Below are positions 37,398 to 46,272 of a stretch of DNA of 64,000 nucleotides, one piece after another. The notes beneath the pieces were generated by a model. That model was not told the DNA's origin. It did no database searches and saw nothing but the letters and a program-made list of their open reading frames with translations. The translations under genes were made by a program, and so were the position numbers. This DNA comes from Longimicrobiales bacterium (GTDB lineage: Bacteria > Gemmatimonadota > Gemmatimonadetes > Longimicrobiales > Gaopeijiaceae). The stretch is taken from contig JAWLHJ010000003.1 in assembly GCA_041690395.1 (NCBI GenBank), positions 160,001-224,000 of the forward strand. The letters are read 5' to 3'. Numbering within the stretch: the first letter of the stretch is position 1; each line of letters opens with the position of its first letter.

Positions 37398-38533
37398 CGC
37401 CGCTCTTCCAGAAGATCGACCGCCAGGTCGGCGACCCGGCCGGCCGCTCCCGGCGAGCCCAGGGCCTCGCGCACGCCGGCCAGCCCCTCCAGCTGACGAG
37501 TGCGAGCAGGGCCCGCCTCGTCGAGGAGGGGAGCGAGCGCGTCCGCGAGCGCCTCGGGGGTCACCTGGTCCTGCAGGAGCTCGGGCACGACCCTCTTCCC
37601 CGCCACGAGGTTGGCCAGGGCCACGTGATCAACCTGGATCACGCGCTTCGCGATCTCCCAGGTGACGCGGCTGGTTCGGTACGCCATGACGAACGGAGTC
37701 CCCTCCAGGGCGGCCTCCAGCGTCGATGTGCCGGACTTCACGACCGCGGCCCGGCTGTGACGCAGCAAGGCGCGGGAGTCGTCGACCATGGGCAGGTCGC
37801 TCGCGTCGTACAGGCTCGCGGGCACGCTCGATCCGCGCGCGACGACGGGCTGCACGTCGTGCCCCCGTTCGCGGATCAGCCGCGCCGCACCCAGGAACGC
37901 ATCCAGATGGCGCTCCACCTCCTGCGCCCTCGAGCCGGGCAGCAGGGCCAGCAGCGGGCGGTCGCCGACACTCCACCGGCGCCTGAAGGTGGCGGCGTCC
38001 GCGACGTCGTCCGGGCGTTCCAGCAGCGGGTGGCCGACGAACGTCGCGCGCGCGCCGGCCGCCCTCAGCATCTCCTCCTCGAACGGGAGGATCACCGCGA
38101 CGTGACGCGTGGTCTCGGCGAGCTTGCGCGCCCTGCCCGCACGCCACGCCCAGACCTGGGGGGCGATGTAATAGAGCACCGGAATGCCGCGGCCGTGGGC
38201 GTGCCGGGCCATCCGCATGTTGAAGCCCGGGTAGTCGATCGGGATGACGAGATCGATCGCCTCACGCTCGAGATGATCCCTGACCCGGCGCTCGAGCCGG
38301 CGGAAGAATCCCAGCCGCCGGACGACCTCGGCGAATCCCATGACGGCCAGATCGTCCAGGCCGGCCAGCAGCTCGACGCCTTCGGCCGCCATGAGCGGCC
38401 CCCCGAGACCACTGAGACGGACTCCGGGGAGGCGATCCTTCAGGGCCCCCGCCAGGGCCGCGCCATGATGATCTCCGGAGGGCTCGCCGGCCAGCAGCGC
38501 GATGTGCGGCCCTCCACGGCCGCGCTCGCTCAG
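37394..38533 (-). CDS. lpxB: Lipid A disaccharide synthase
   Basis: AGEPSGD.HGA, IDYPGFN, YYIAPQVWAWR, ILPFE, FVGHPL, LLPGSR..EV, SGTSTLE, VPELLQ; start uncertain (CTG 38533 or GTG 38626). Confidence 0.95.
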   Translation of the reverse strand: MSERGRGGPHIALLAGEPSGDHHGAALAGALKDRLPGVRLSGLGGPLMAAEGVELLAGLDDLAVMGFAEVVRRLGFFRRLERRVRDHLEREAIDLVIPIDYPGFNMRMARHAHGRGIPVLYYIAPQVWAWRAGRARKLAETTRHVAVILPFEEEMLRAAGARATFVGHPLLERPDDVADAATFRRRWSVGDRPLLALLPGSRAQEVERHLDAFLGAARLIRERGHDVQPVVARGSSVPASLYDASDLPMVDDSRALLRHSRAAVVKSGTSTLEAALEGTPFVMAYRTSRVTWEIAKRVIQVDHVALANLVAGKRVVPELLQDQVTPEALADALAPLLDEAGPARTRQLEGLAGVREALGSPGAAGRVADLAVDLLEERR

Positions 38534-38664
38534 AAGCGCGTGCTCAGGAACCAGATCACGAGCCCGGTGACGAACAGGAGCATCAGGAGCCGTCCGGGCG
38601 GCATCCCCTTGCGGGCCTCGATCCACTCCTTCTTCCGTTTACGGCGTGCGCGCAACAACGACAT
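38530..38664 (-). CDS. 44-aa small membrane protein, not in the ORF track
   Basis: MSLLRARRKRKKEWIEARKGMPPGRLLMLLFVTGLVIWFLSTRF*; basic N-terminus plus one TM helix, GC3-rich codons, GAGG upstream, fills the gap between two operon genes. Confidence 0.7.
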   Translation of the reverse strand: MSLLRARRKRKKEWIEARKGMPPGRLLMLLFVTGLVIWFLSTRF

Positions 38665-39640
38665 GAGCCTCGATCCTTTCCTGAATGGTCAGGGTCACCG
38701 CCAGGGCGTCCCGGCCTTCCTGGCCGGATACCGCGGGCGCTCTGCGTCCGCCGACGGCGTCGCGGAAGCTTTCGAGTTCCCGCGCCAGCGGCTCGCGGTC
38801 GTCGCCGACCAGCGGGATCCGCTCCACGATCTCGCCCAGGTTCTCGGCCCGGATGCCCGTGGTCACCCCGGCCGGAGAGAGCCCCGGCAGCGAATCCCGG
38901 AGTCGCAGGAACTCCCCGGACCCGTTCGCGAGGTCCAGGCTGACGTATCCGGATCGCTGGAAGATCCGGAGCTTCCGCATCCGCTCCAGCGAGACGCGGC
39001 TCGCCGTGAGGTTGGCCACGGCCCCGCCCTCGAACGTGAGGCGGGCGTTGGCGATGTCCACGTTGCCCGAGAGCACCGGAACACCCACGGCGGCGATCTC
39101 CACGATGGGCTTACCCACAAGGCGCATGACCAGGTCCACGTCATGGATCATCAGGTCGAGGACGACCGCCACGTCGGTGCTGCGTGGCGAGAACGGCGCC
39201 ATGCGGTGCGATTCGATGAAGATCGGCGCATCGATGTACTGCGCGGCAGCCACGACCACCGGGTTGAAGCGCTCGACGTGACCCACCTGGAGAAGGACGC
39301 CTGCGCTCCGGGCGGCCTCCAGGATGCCGTCCGCCTCCTCGAGGGTCGCCGCGAGCGGCTTCTCCACGAACGCGTGTACCCCGCGCTCGAGCGCAGCCCG
39401 GGCCACCGATTCGTGGGCGGACGTCGGTACGGCGACGACGATCGCGTCGGAGGCCTCGATCAACGCCTCGAGCGACGGGTGGACCGCAACGTCGAACTCG
39501 CCGGCCACCTGCGCCGCGCGCTCCGCGTCGGTATCGAACACCCCCGACGCATCGACGCCGGACATCCCGGCCAAGAGGCGAGCGTGGTGGTATCCCAGCG
39601 ATCCGACCCCCGCCACCCCGATCCGCGGAGCGGTCTGCAA
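38639..39640 (-). CDS. Gfo/Idh/MocA oxidoreductase, GnnA-like
   Basis: GVGSLGYHHAR, VEKPLA, QVGHVERFNP, DVAVVLDLMIHDVDL, NLTASRVS; lies between lpxA and lpxB. Confidence 0.88.
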   Translation of the reverse strand: MQTAPRIGVAGVGSLGYHHARLLAGMSGVDASGVFDTDAERAAQVAGEFDVAVHPSLEALIEASDAIVVAVPTSAHESVARAALERGVHAFVEKPLAATLEEADGILEAARSAGVLLQVGHVERFNPVVVAAAQYIDAPIFIESHRMAPFSPRSTDVAVVLDLMIHDVDLVMRLVGKPIVEIAAVGVPVLSGNVDIANARLTFEGGAVANLTASRVSLERMRKLRIFQRSGYVSLDLANGSGEFLRLRDSLPGLSPAGVTTGIRAENLGEIVERIPLVGDDREPLARELESFRDAVGGRRAPAVSGQEGRDALAVTLTIQERIEAHVVVARTP

Positions 39641-39663
39641 GGGTGCGCGGCTTCCCGGGGCGG

Positions 39664-40467
39664 TCAGAGCGTGACGCCCCGCTCACTTGCCCGAATGAAC
39701 GACAGCAGGTGCCGCACCTCGGGAATCCCGTCCACCTCTTCCTCCGCCTTCGTAAGGGCCCGCGTGAGCCCGAGGCTCGACTGGAAGAGCGTGCGGTACG
39801 TCTGCTTCAGCGCCTTACGGACCTCGTCGGTGAAGCCCCGACGCTCGAGCCCGACCGAGTTCAAGCCGAACAGCTTGGGCGGGTTGCCGGCGGCCCTGCA
39901 GTAGGGCGGGACGTCCTGCGAGATGCGGGAGCCGCCACCCACGAACGCGTGGGCGCCGATCCGCACGAACTGGTGAATCGGCGTGAGGCCGCCGACGATC
40001 ACCCAGTCCTCGATCATCACGTGCCCCGCCATGTTCACGGAGTTCGCGATGACCACGTGGCTCCCCAGCTCACAGTCGTGCGCGACGTGCGCGTAGGCCA
40101 TGAGCAGGCAGTCGCTTCCCACCACCGTTCGACCGGAGGCAGACGTCCCGCGATTGAGCGTCGCGAACTCGCGGATGACCGTCCGGTCGCCGATCTCGAG
40201 GACCGTTCGCTCCCCCTGGAACTTGAGGTCCTGCGGGTCGGTGCCCAGAACCGCGCCGTTCGCGATCCGGCAGTCCTCGCCGAGCGTAGTGTCACGCTCG
40301 ATGGTGACCCGGGGGCCGATCTGCGTGCCGTCCCCGACGCGGACGCGGGGGCCGAGAATGGCCCATGGGCCCACGACGACGCCCTCGCCGAGCTCTGCCT
40401 CGGAGTCCACGATCGCCGTGGGATGGATGCGCGTCTCGCCACGGGTGCCGACGGTGGTGTTGGTCAT
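39664..40467 (-). CDS. lpxA: UDP-N-acetylglucosamine acyltransferase
   Basis: IHPTAIV, PQDLKF.GE, IREFATLNRGT, MAYAHVAHDC, HQFVRIG, GLNSVGLERRGF. Confidence 0.97.
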   Translation of the reverse strand: MTNTTVGTRGETRIHPTAIVDSEAELGEGVVVGPWAILGPRVRVGDGTQIGPRVTIERDTTLGEDCRIANGAVLGTDPQDLKFQGERTVLEIGDRTVIREFATLNRGTSASGRTVVGSDCLLMAYAHVAHDCELGSHVVIANSVNMAGHVMIEDWVIVGGLTPIHQFVRIGAHAFVGGGSRISQDVPPYCRAAGNPPKLFGLNSVGLERRGFTDEVRKALKQTYRTLFQSSLGLTRALTKAEEEVDGIPEVRHLLSFIRASERGVTL

Positions 40468-41753
40468 TTGTCCACGATCCTTGCCATGAACTCGGCCTCT
40501 GCGACGACGTGGCCGTCGACGAATCCGAGCCCTTTCATTTTACAGGTGTGTCTGCGGTACTGGAGAATCTCCAGCTCGAAGACCAGGGTGTCGCCGGGGG
40601 TGACCGGACGACGCCACTTCACTTTGTCCATGGTCATGAAATACACGACCTTCTGCTCCGGGTCTTCGACCTCTTCCATGAGGAGCAAGCCCCCGACCTG
40701 AGCCATGGCCTCGATGATGAGGACGCCCGGCATGATCGGGTGACCCGGGTAGTGCCCCTGAAAGAACGGCTCGTTGATCGTGACGTTCTTGATCCCGACG
40801 ATCCGCTTCCCTCCCTCGTACTCCGTGATGCGATCCACCAGGAGCATGGGGTACCGGTGCGGGAGGTACTGCATGATCTTTGCCACGTCGACCACGGGCT
40901 GCCTTCCCCGGGTCCTCGTTTGGGCCCGGATCGCTCTGGCCAGGGCGACGTTTCCGGCGTGGCTGGGCCGGTCCGCGACGACCTGGGCGGCGAGCCCCCC
41001 ACCGAGCAGCGCGAGGTCGCCCACCATGTCTCCGACCTTGTGGCGTAGGAACTCGTCCGGATAGCGGAGTCCTCCCTCGTTCATGACCCCGTCGTCGTCG
41101 AGCACGACCGAGTTCTCGAGCGAAGAGCCGCGAGCGAGACCGCGAGCCCGGAGCGCTTCCGCGTCAGCCATGAAGCCGAAGGTCCGAGCGGCCGCCAGCT
41201 GCCTCCTGAAGGTGTGCTCGGAGATATCGAAGCAGCCGTACTGACGCCCTATGGCGTCGTGGTCGAAATCGATCGTGGCCGAGATACGGAGCCCCTCGGC
41301 CGGGACCGCCACATACGACTGGCCGTCGGCCCCTCGGGCCGTCACCGGCTCGGTGACCTCGAGCACGCGCATGGGCGCGTCCTGGTCCGTCGGCCCGGCC
41401 TCGTCGAGGGCGGCCACGTAGTCCTTGAACGACCCGTCACGAATCGGCGCTTCGGGGCCGTCCAGGTCGATGAGAACGTTGGTGAGCCCGAGGGCCGACA
41501 CGCTCGCCATCACGTGCTCGACCGTATGGACCTTGGCTTCCCCGGCGGCGAGCGTCGTACCCAGATCCGTATCGACCACGTGGTCGAGATCGGCCGGCAC
41601 GACAGGCTGGCCATCGAGATCGACGCGACGAAACCGGATCCCGGTGTCGGGATCGGAGGGGTGGAACGTGAGGCTCGCGGACGCCCCGGAGTGGACGCCA
41701 CAGCCTCGTAGCGTCACGGGTCGCGCGATGGTTCTCTGGGAGGCAGCGCTCAT
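40464..41753 (-). CDS. lpxC: Bifunctional LpxC/FabZ fusion
   Basis: QRTI..G.GVHSG, TVEHVMA, ARTFGF, RHKVGDMVGDL, followed by LPHRYPMLLVDRI, FFQGHYPGHPIMPGVLIIEAMAQ. Confidence 0.96.
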   Translation of the reverse strand: MSAASQRTIARPVTLRGCGVHSGASASLTFHPSDPDTGIRFRRVDLDGQPVVPADLDHVVDTDLGTTLAAGEAKVHTVEHVMASVSALGLTNVLIDLDGPEAPIRDGSFKDYVAALDEAGPTDQDAPMRVLEVTEPVTARGADGQSYVAVPAEGLRISATIDFDHDAIGRQYGCFDISEHTFRRQLAAARTFGFMADAEALRARGLARGSSLENSVVLDDDGVMNEGGLRYPDEFLRHKVGDMVGDLALLGGGLAAQVVADRPSHAGNVALARAIRAQTRTRGRQPVVDVAKIMQYLPHRYPMLLVDRITEYEGGKRIVGIKNVTINEPFFQGHYPGHPIMPGVLIIEAMAQVGGLLLMEEVEDPEQKVVYFMTMDKVKWRRPVTPGDTLVFELEILQYRRHTCKMKGLGFVDGHVVAEAEFMARIVDK

Positions 41754-41817
41754 GCGGATCCAATCGAGTTCGTCGGGCCTGTGCGAAAGGCTTCGTCACA
41801 GTACGACTCCGCCCGGG

Positions 41818-41826
41818 AAGTTAACA
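41818..41826 (-). promoter_or_regulatory. Extended -10 internal promoter for lpxC/fabZ
   Basis: TGtTAACTT on the minus strand in the lpxD-lpxC gap; same TAACTT hexamer as two other candidate promoters here. Confidence 0.45.
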
Positions 41827-41880
41827 GGATCGTGACGACGGAGTAGTGAATCCGCACCGGTCGAGCCGGGGGGACCCGTC

Positions 41881-42960
41881 TCATGCGTCCGAGGACAGCT
41901 CCGCCCGCAAGCGCGCCACCTCCTCCTCGAGCGCCTCGATCCGTTCGAGAAGCTTCGGGAGGCGCGCCAGGTGGGCCTGCTTCCGGAGCTCCTCGCGATG
42001 CGGGCGGGCCGGGTGTCCGGACACGGTCTCCCCGGCCGGGATGTCCCGGTAGACCTTGGACGCAACGGCGACCCTCGCGCCGTCACCGACCTCGAGGTGG
42101 CCGACGAGGCCCGCTTGCCCGCCGACCCAAACTCCCCGGCCGAGGCGGGTCGATCCTGCGATGCCGACGAGCGCGGCCATGAGGCTGTGGTCACCGACCT
42201 TCACGTTGTGCGCGATCTGGACCAGGTTGTCCACCTTCACTCCGTTGCCGATGATCGTGTCGCCGATGGAGCCGCGATCGACGGTCGTGTTCGCGCCGAT
42301 CTCCACGTCGTCGCCGATCACGCATCGTCCGACCTGCGGCACCTTACGTTGCACGCCGTCACGGAAGGTGTAGCCGAATCCGTCCGGGCCGATGCGCGCG
42401 CCCGCGTGTAGCGTGACGCGGTCTCCGAGCTCGCTCCCGGGATATACGACCACCTGCGGATGGATGTGACACCTGTCGCCGATGCGCACCCGTGATCCGA
42501 TCACGACGTGCGCGTCGATGTGTGTGCCGTCGCCGACATGCACGTCGTCACCCAGGACCGCGTACGGCCCCACCGACACCCCCTGGCCGAGGCGCACGCC
42601 GCGGCCGAGGATCGCAGTGGGATGGATTCCGGGCTCCCGTTCCGGATCCGGCGGATGCAGACGCTCCAGCACCGTCGTGACCGCGGCGTGCGCGTCCGGC
42701 ACCACGACCTTGGTCAGGGCGGCAGGCAGGTCGTCGGCCAGGCTCTCGTCGACGAGGACGGCGCCGGCCCGCGTCGTATCCGCGAAGCGCGCGTAGCGCT
42801 TGGTGGTGAGCAACCCCAGCTCTCCGGGTCCCGCTTCGTCCAGCGGGCGCAGGGCGCGTACCTCGACGGTCGCATCTCCCTCGACGCGTCCGCCGACCAG
42901 TTCCGCGAGGACCCCGACGGTCACACCGTTCGCGTCCCGATCGTTGTCGCGTTCGGTCAT
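41881..42960 (-). CDS. lpxD: UDP-3-O-acylglucosamine N-acyltransferase
   Basis: Hexapeptide repeats, IGPDGFGY, DDVEIGANTTVDRG, KVDNLVQIAHNV, GIAGST. Confidence 0.96.
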   Translation of the reverse strand: MTERDNDRDANGVTVGVLAELVGGRVEGDATVEVRALRPLDEAGPGELGLLTTKRYARFADTTRAGAVLVDESLADDLPAALTKVVVPDAHAAVTTVLERLHPPDPEREPGIHPTAILGRGVRLGQGVSVGPYAVLGDDVHVGDGTHIDAHVVIGSRVRIGDRCHIHPQVVVYPGSELGDRVTLHAGARIGPDGFGYTFRDGVQRKVPQVGRCVIGDDVEIGANTTVDRGSIGDTIIGNGVKVDNLVQIAHNVKVGDHSLMAALVGIAGSTRLGRGVWVGGQAGLVGHLEVGDGARVAVASKVYRDIPAGETVSGHPARPHREELRKQAHLARLPKLLERIEALEEEVARLRAELSSDA

Positions 42961-43036
42961 CGCCTGCACTCCTCCCGGATCCGCCCACGGACGTTCGGCT
43001 CCGTCCTGGACGTCCCGTCCCCTCGGGTCGACATGC

Positions 43037-43080
43037 GCGAAGGGCCCCCGCGCCGGCTGCTGCGCGATGGGCCCTTCACC
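43037..43080 (-). terminator. Hairpin between skp and lpxD
   Basis: GAAGGGCCC...GGGCCCTTC inverted repeat; weak U tract. Confidence 0.45.
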
Positions 43081-43114
43081 TCGATCCTGCCCCGTACCGG
43101 GTCGCGACTGCCGG

Positions 43115-43648
43115 TCAACGCCCCCCGGGGGTGGTAGAGCCGAGCCGCTGGATGACTTCCTCCGTCACATCGAGCGCCGGATCCGCCGACACGATCGACC
43201 CGGCCGCCACGTCCAGGATCAGCGCGTAGCCGCGCTCTTCACGCAGGGCTTCGATGATCTCCGTGATCTCGTCCATGACGGGCTGGACCAGTTCGGCGCG
43301 GCGCCGGGCGGCGCGCTCCTGGAGCGCGGTACCGCGCTGCTGGTACTCGTTCACCTTGGCCTGGATCTGAGCCTCGCGGTTCTGCCGGGCCTCCGGAGAG
43401 AGCGTCAGCTGCTGCTGCTGATACTGCTCCTCCATGCTCTGCAGCTCCGCCTCGAGCTCCTGGATCTCCTGCTGGAAGCCCTGCATCTCACGGTCGAACT
43501 GAGCCTGAGCCTCCGCGGCACCGGGAGCCGCGCTCATGACTTCCTGAGAATTGAGATACGCGATCCGAAGCGCCTGCGCCTCGGCCTGGGCAGCGCCCGT
43601 GACGAGCAGGAACGCCAGCGCGATGAGTGCGAACGGGATACGTCGCAT
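43115..43648 (-). CDS. skp: OmpH/Skp periplasmic chaperone
   Basis: Signal peptide, RIAYLNSQEV, long Q/E coiled coil, GYALILD, DVTEEVI; follows bamA. Confidence 0.92.
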   Translation of the reverse strand: MRRIPFALIALAFLLVTGAAQAEAQALRIAYLNSQEVMSAAPGAAEAQAQFDREMQGFQQEIQELEAELQSMEEQYQQQQLTLSPEARQNREAQIQAKVNEYQQRGTALQERAARRRAELVQPVMDEITEIIEALREERGYALILDVAAGSIVSADPALDVTEEVIQRLGSTTPGGR

Positions 43649-43821
43649 GTTGGTTACTCCCTCTGTAGTCTGCCGCCGCCCCTGGCCGCCACATGCGGCC
43701 TGCTCCGAGAGCCGGGGTGGCCCATGTGCGTGGTTCGTAATCCGCAGTCGTCGGCATGTTCCCGTGTTCCACGGCGCGTCGCGCGGATTCCCGCGACGCC
43801 GGACGAACAGCCGTAGAATGT

Positions 43822-46272
43822 CTAGAAACCCGGGCCCATTCGGAAGTGGAACTGCCAGCCCGGCGTGGTCTTGTCGAATCCGTAGGCGTAGTCGAGCCCG
43901 ATGGGCCCGAACGGCGTCACGAGTTGCAATCCGAATCCGGCGCCCCGATAGAGGCGTGTCGGGTCGATGTCGCCCGGGTTCCGCCACACGTTACCCGCGT
44001 CGAAGAACGCCCCGAGACCGAGCTGCCCGCTCAGTCGAATGGCGTACTCCGCCGTGAGGCTGAAGAACGCGTTCCCCAGCCGATCGATGTCGGAGATGCC
44101 GCGGGCGTTGTCGGCGAAGTATCCGACCGGGGTGATGGACGTTTCGTCATAGCCGCGCAGGTTCTGGCCGAACTGCACGCCACCCATCCAGAATCGGTCG
44201 AACGGGAAGGCCTCGGCGTTGCCGAACACGGTCCCACCCCGCAGGGTGAGGCCGAGCGCGAGGCGGATGCCGCTGGTCGGGTTCCCCGGATCGCCACCGA
44301 GGCGGCCCGCCGGGACCCACCAGGTTCCGTCCGCCAGCACTCGGGTGAAGTCACCGTCACCGCCCAGGAGGCCGCCGTTGACTTCGACGTTCACGTTCTG
44401 TCGGGAGCCCGTGGTGGGGAACAACGGGTGGTCCAGCGTCTGGCGGGTCACGCCCAGGGTCAGCTGACTCTGGAGCCCGGGCGGGCGGCCGAAGAGGGAC
44501 TGGTCGTCCACGTCGTTGAAGAGCTCGTACGTCGTCCTCGACAACCCGTAGCCGACGAACACCCGGGACAGTCTCGAGTTGGGCCAGGGCATACCGAAGC
44601 GAGTGTTCGCGCCGATCCGCTTACGGCGCCCGCTCGAGAACGAGAAGAACCGGTCACGCGAGTTGAACAGCGACAGCGAGCCCGAGATCATGCTCTGGAA
44701 GATGGCCGGGTCCGAATAGGTCATCTCGAAGCTGTTCAGATACCGGCCGAAGTCCCACCGCAGCGTCCCCGACTTGGCCTGTCCGAAGAGGTTCGGCTGC
44801 TCGTACCCGATGAAGCCGGAGAGCCCGACCCCACCCCCGACGGACGTGCCGAAGTTCACCGACCCGGTCTGCTTCTCCTCGACGACGAACGTGATATCCA
44901 CGTCGCCGTTGTCGAGCGGCTGGATGTCGGGGAACGGCAACGGCGCCTCGAAGAAGCCCAGCGACGAGATGTTCTGGTAGCTCCGGATCAGGCGGTCCTG
45001 GCTGTAGACGTCGCCAGGCAGGATGAAGAGCTGATTCCGGATGACCCACTCGTACGTGTACTCGTTCCCGGCGATCGCCACGCGGTTCACGATGGCCGGC
45101 TCGCCCTCGATGATCTGCCAGCTGGCGTCGACCGTGGGCGGCTCGTCTCCCTCACTCGGATTCCGCTGGAGCACCGGATTCACCTGGATGTACAGGTACC
45201 CTTCGTTCCTGTACGCCTCCATGACCCGCTCCATCGCGGCGTTGAAGGCCTCCGCGTCGAAAACCTCCCCCTCGATGTTCGAGGTACGGCTCCCGCCGAT
45301 ACCCAGGCTCCTGAGAAGCCCGCCTTCCTCGGTGCGGAAATAGGCGAGGATGTCGTCGGTGGGGAAGCGCGAGTTGCCTTCGACCGTGAACTCGCCCAAG
45401 CGGTACTGAGGGCCTTCGTCGACTTCGACCTCGACGCGAGCCTTCCCGGTCTCCGCATCGACGATGAGGGTGTCACGCACGACCGTGAAGTCGAGGAAGC
45501 CCCTGGATCGATAGAGCTGAGGCAGCCGTTCCTCGAGGTCCGCCTCGAACTGGAACTCGTCGAAGCGTCCCGACCGGAACCACCAGAAACCCTCGGGCCT
45601 GGTCGCCATGGCTCCGCGCAGGTCGGCGGCCGACACGTTCTGATTCCGGACGAACTCCACATCGGCCACCGTCACCCGGTGCCCTTCGGTGACCTCGAGA
45701 ACGACGTTCACCTCGCCCGGAGAGCCGGGAGCCGGATCCACGCGCTCCTGGATCTGGGCGAAGGGGATCCCACGCTCCGCCAGTTCCGTCCGGATGAAGC
45801 GCTTGGCGTCGAGGATGCTCTGCTGATTGAGCGGTGCCCCGGGCCGCAGACCGGTCGTATCCCGCACCTGGCTCGCCGAGATCGACTCGAGCCCGTCCAT
45901 GAGGACGGACCGGATCAACTCCTGCTCGTCCACCTCGATCACCAGCGTCACGGGCGCGGACGGATCGGCCCCGCGCGCACGGACCACGACATCCCGGAAC
46001 TGTCCCGTCCCGACCAGCGACTTGATACCTCGCTGGATGTCCCGGTAGGTGATGGACTGCCCGGGCTGGACACCGAACAAGGCGACGATCGCGCCGGGTT
46101 GGACGCGGAGGTTCCCCTCGACCACGACCGAGTCGACGACGGTCTCCTCGGGCTGGGGCTGCTGTTGGGCTTCCGTCAGTCGGGGAGCGAGCGCACACAC
46201 GACGAGGAAGGCCGCCGACAGCGCGGCGACCTTCCTCGACCGCCTTACCGCGCGGTTGATCTGGAATCTCAC
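43822..46272 (-). CDS. bamA: Outer membrane protein assembly factor BamA
   Basis: POTRA repeats (VEGN, YRSRGF, YRNEGY), EKQTGS, NLFGQ, LRGY motif, TPFGPIGLDYAYG, terminal F. Confidence 0.95.
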   Translation of the reverse strand: MRFQINRAVRRSRKVAALSAAFLVVCALAPRLTEAQQQPQPEETVVDSVVVEGNLRVQPGAIVALFGVQPGQSITYRDIQRGIKSLVGTGQFRDVVVRARGADPSAPVTLVIEVDEQELIRSVLMDGLESISASQVRDTTGLRPGAPLNQQSILDAKRFIRTELAERGIPFAQIQERVDPAPGSPGEVNVVLEVTEGHRVTVADVEFVRNQNVSAADLRGAMATRPEGFWWFRSGRFDEFQFEADLEERLPQLYRSRGFLDFTVVRDTLIVDAETGKARVEVEVDEGPQYRLGEFTVEGNSRFPTDDILAYFRTEEGGLLRSLGIGGSRTSNIEGEVFDAEAFNAAMERVMEAYRNEGYLYIQVNPVLQRNPSEGDEPPTVDASWQIIEGEPAIVNRVAIAGNEYTYEWVIRNQLFILPGDVYSQDRLIRSYQNISSLGFFEAPLPFPDIQPLDNGDVDITFVVEEKQTGSVNFGTSVGGGVGLSGFIGYEQPNLFGQAKSGTLRWDFGRYLNSFEMTYSDPAIFQSMISGSLSLFNSRDRFFSFSSGRRKRIGANTRFGMPWPNSRLSRVFVGYGLSRTTYELFNDVDDQSLFGRPPGLQSQLTLGVTRQTLDHPLFPTTGSRQNVNVEVNGGLLGGDGDFTRVLADGTWWVPAGRLGGDPGNPTSGIRLALGLTLRGGTVFGNAEAFPFDRFWMGGVQFGQNLRGYDETSITPVGYFADNARGISDIDRLGNAFFSLTAEYAIRLSGQLGLGAFFDAGNVWRNPGDIDPTRLYRGAGFGLQLVTPFGPIGLDYAYGFDKTTPGWQFHFRMGPGF

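Noticed and set aside
37232..39904. 890-aa plus-strand ORF
   Set aside because: Antisense to lpxB and the oxidoreductase; low-complexity translation with no motifs
40464..41753. LpxC-FabZ fusion as a novelty
   Set aside because: Already known from Bacteroidota, Chlorobi and related phyla
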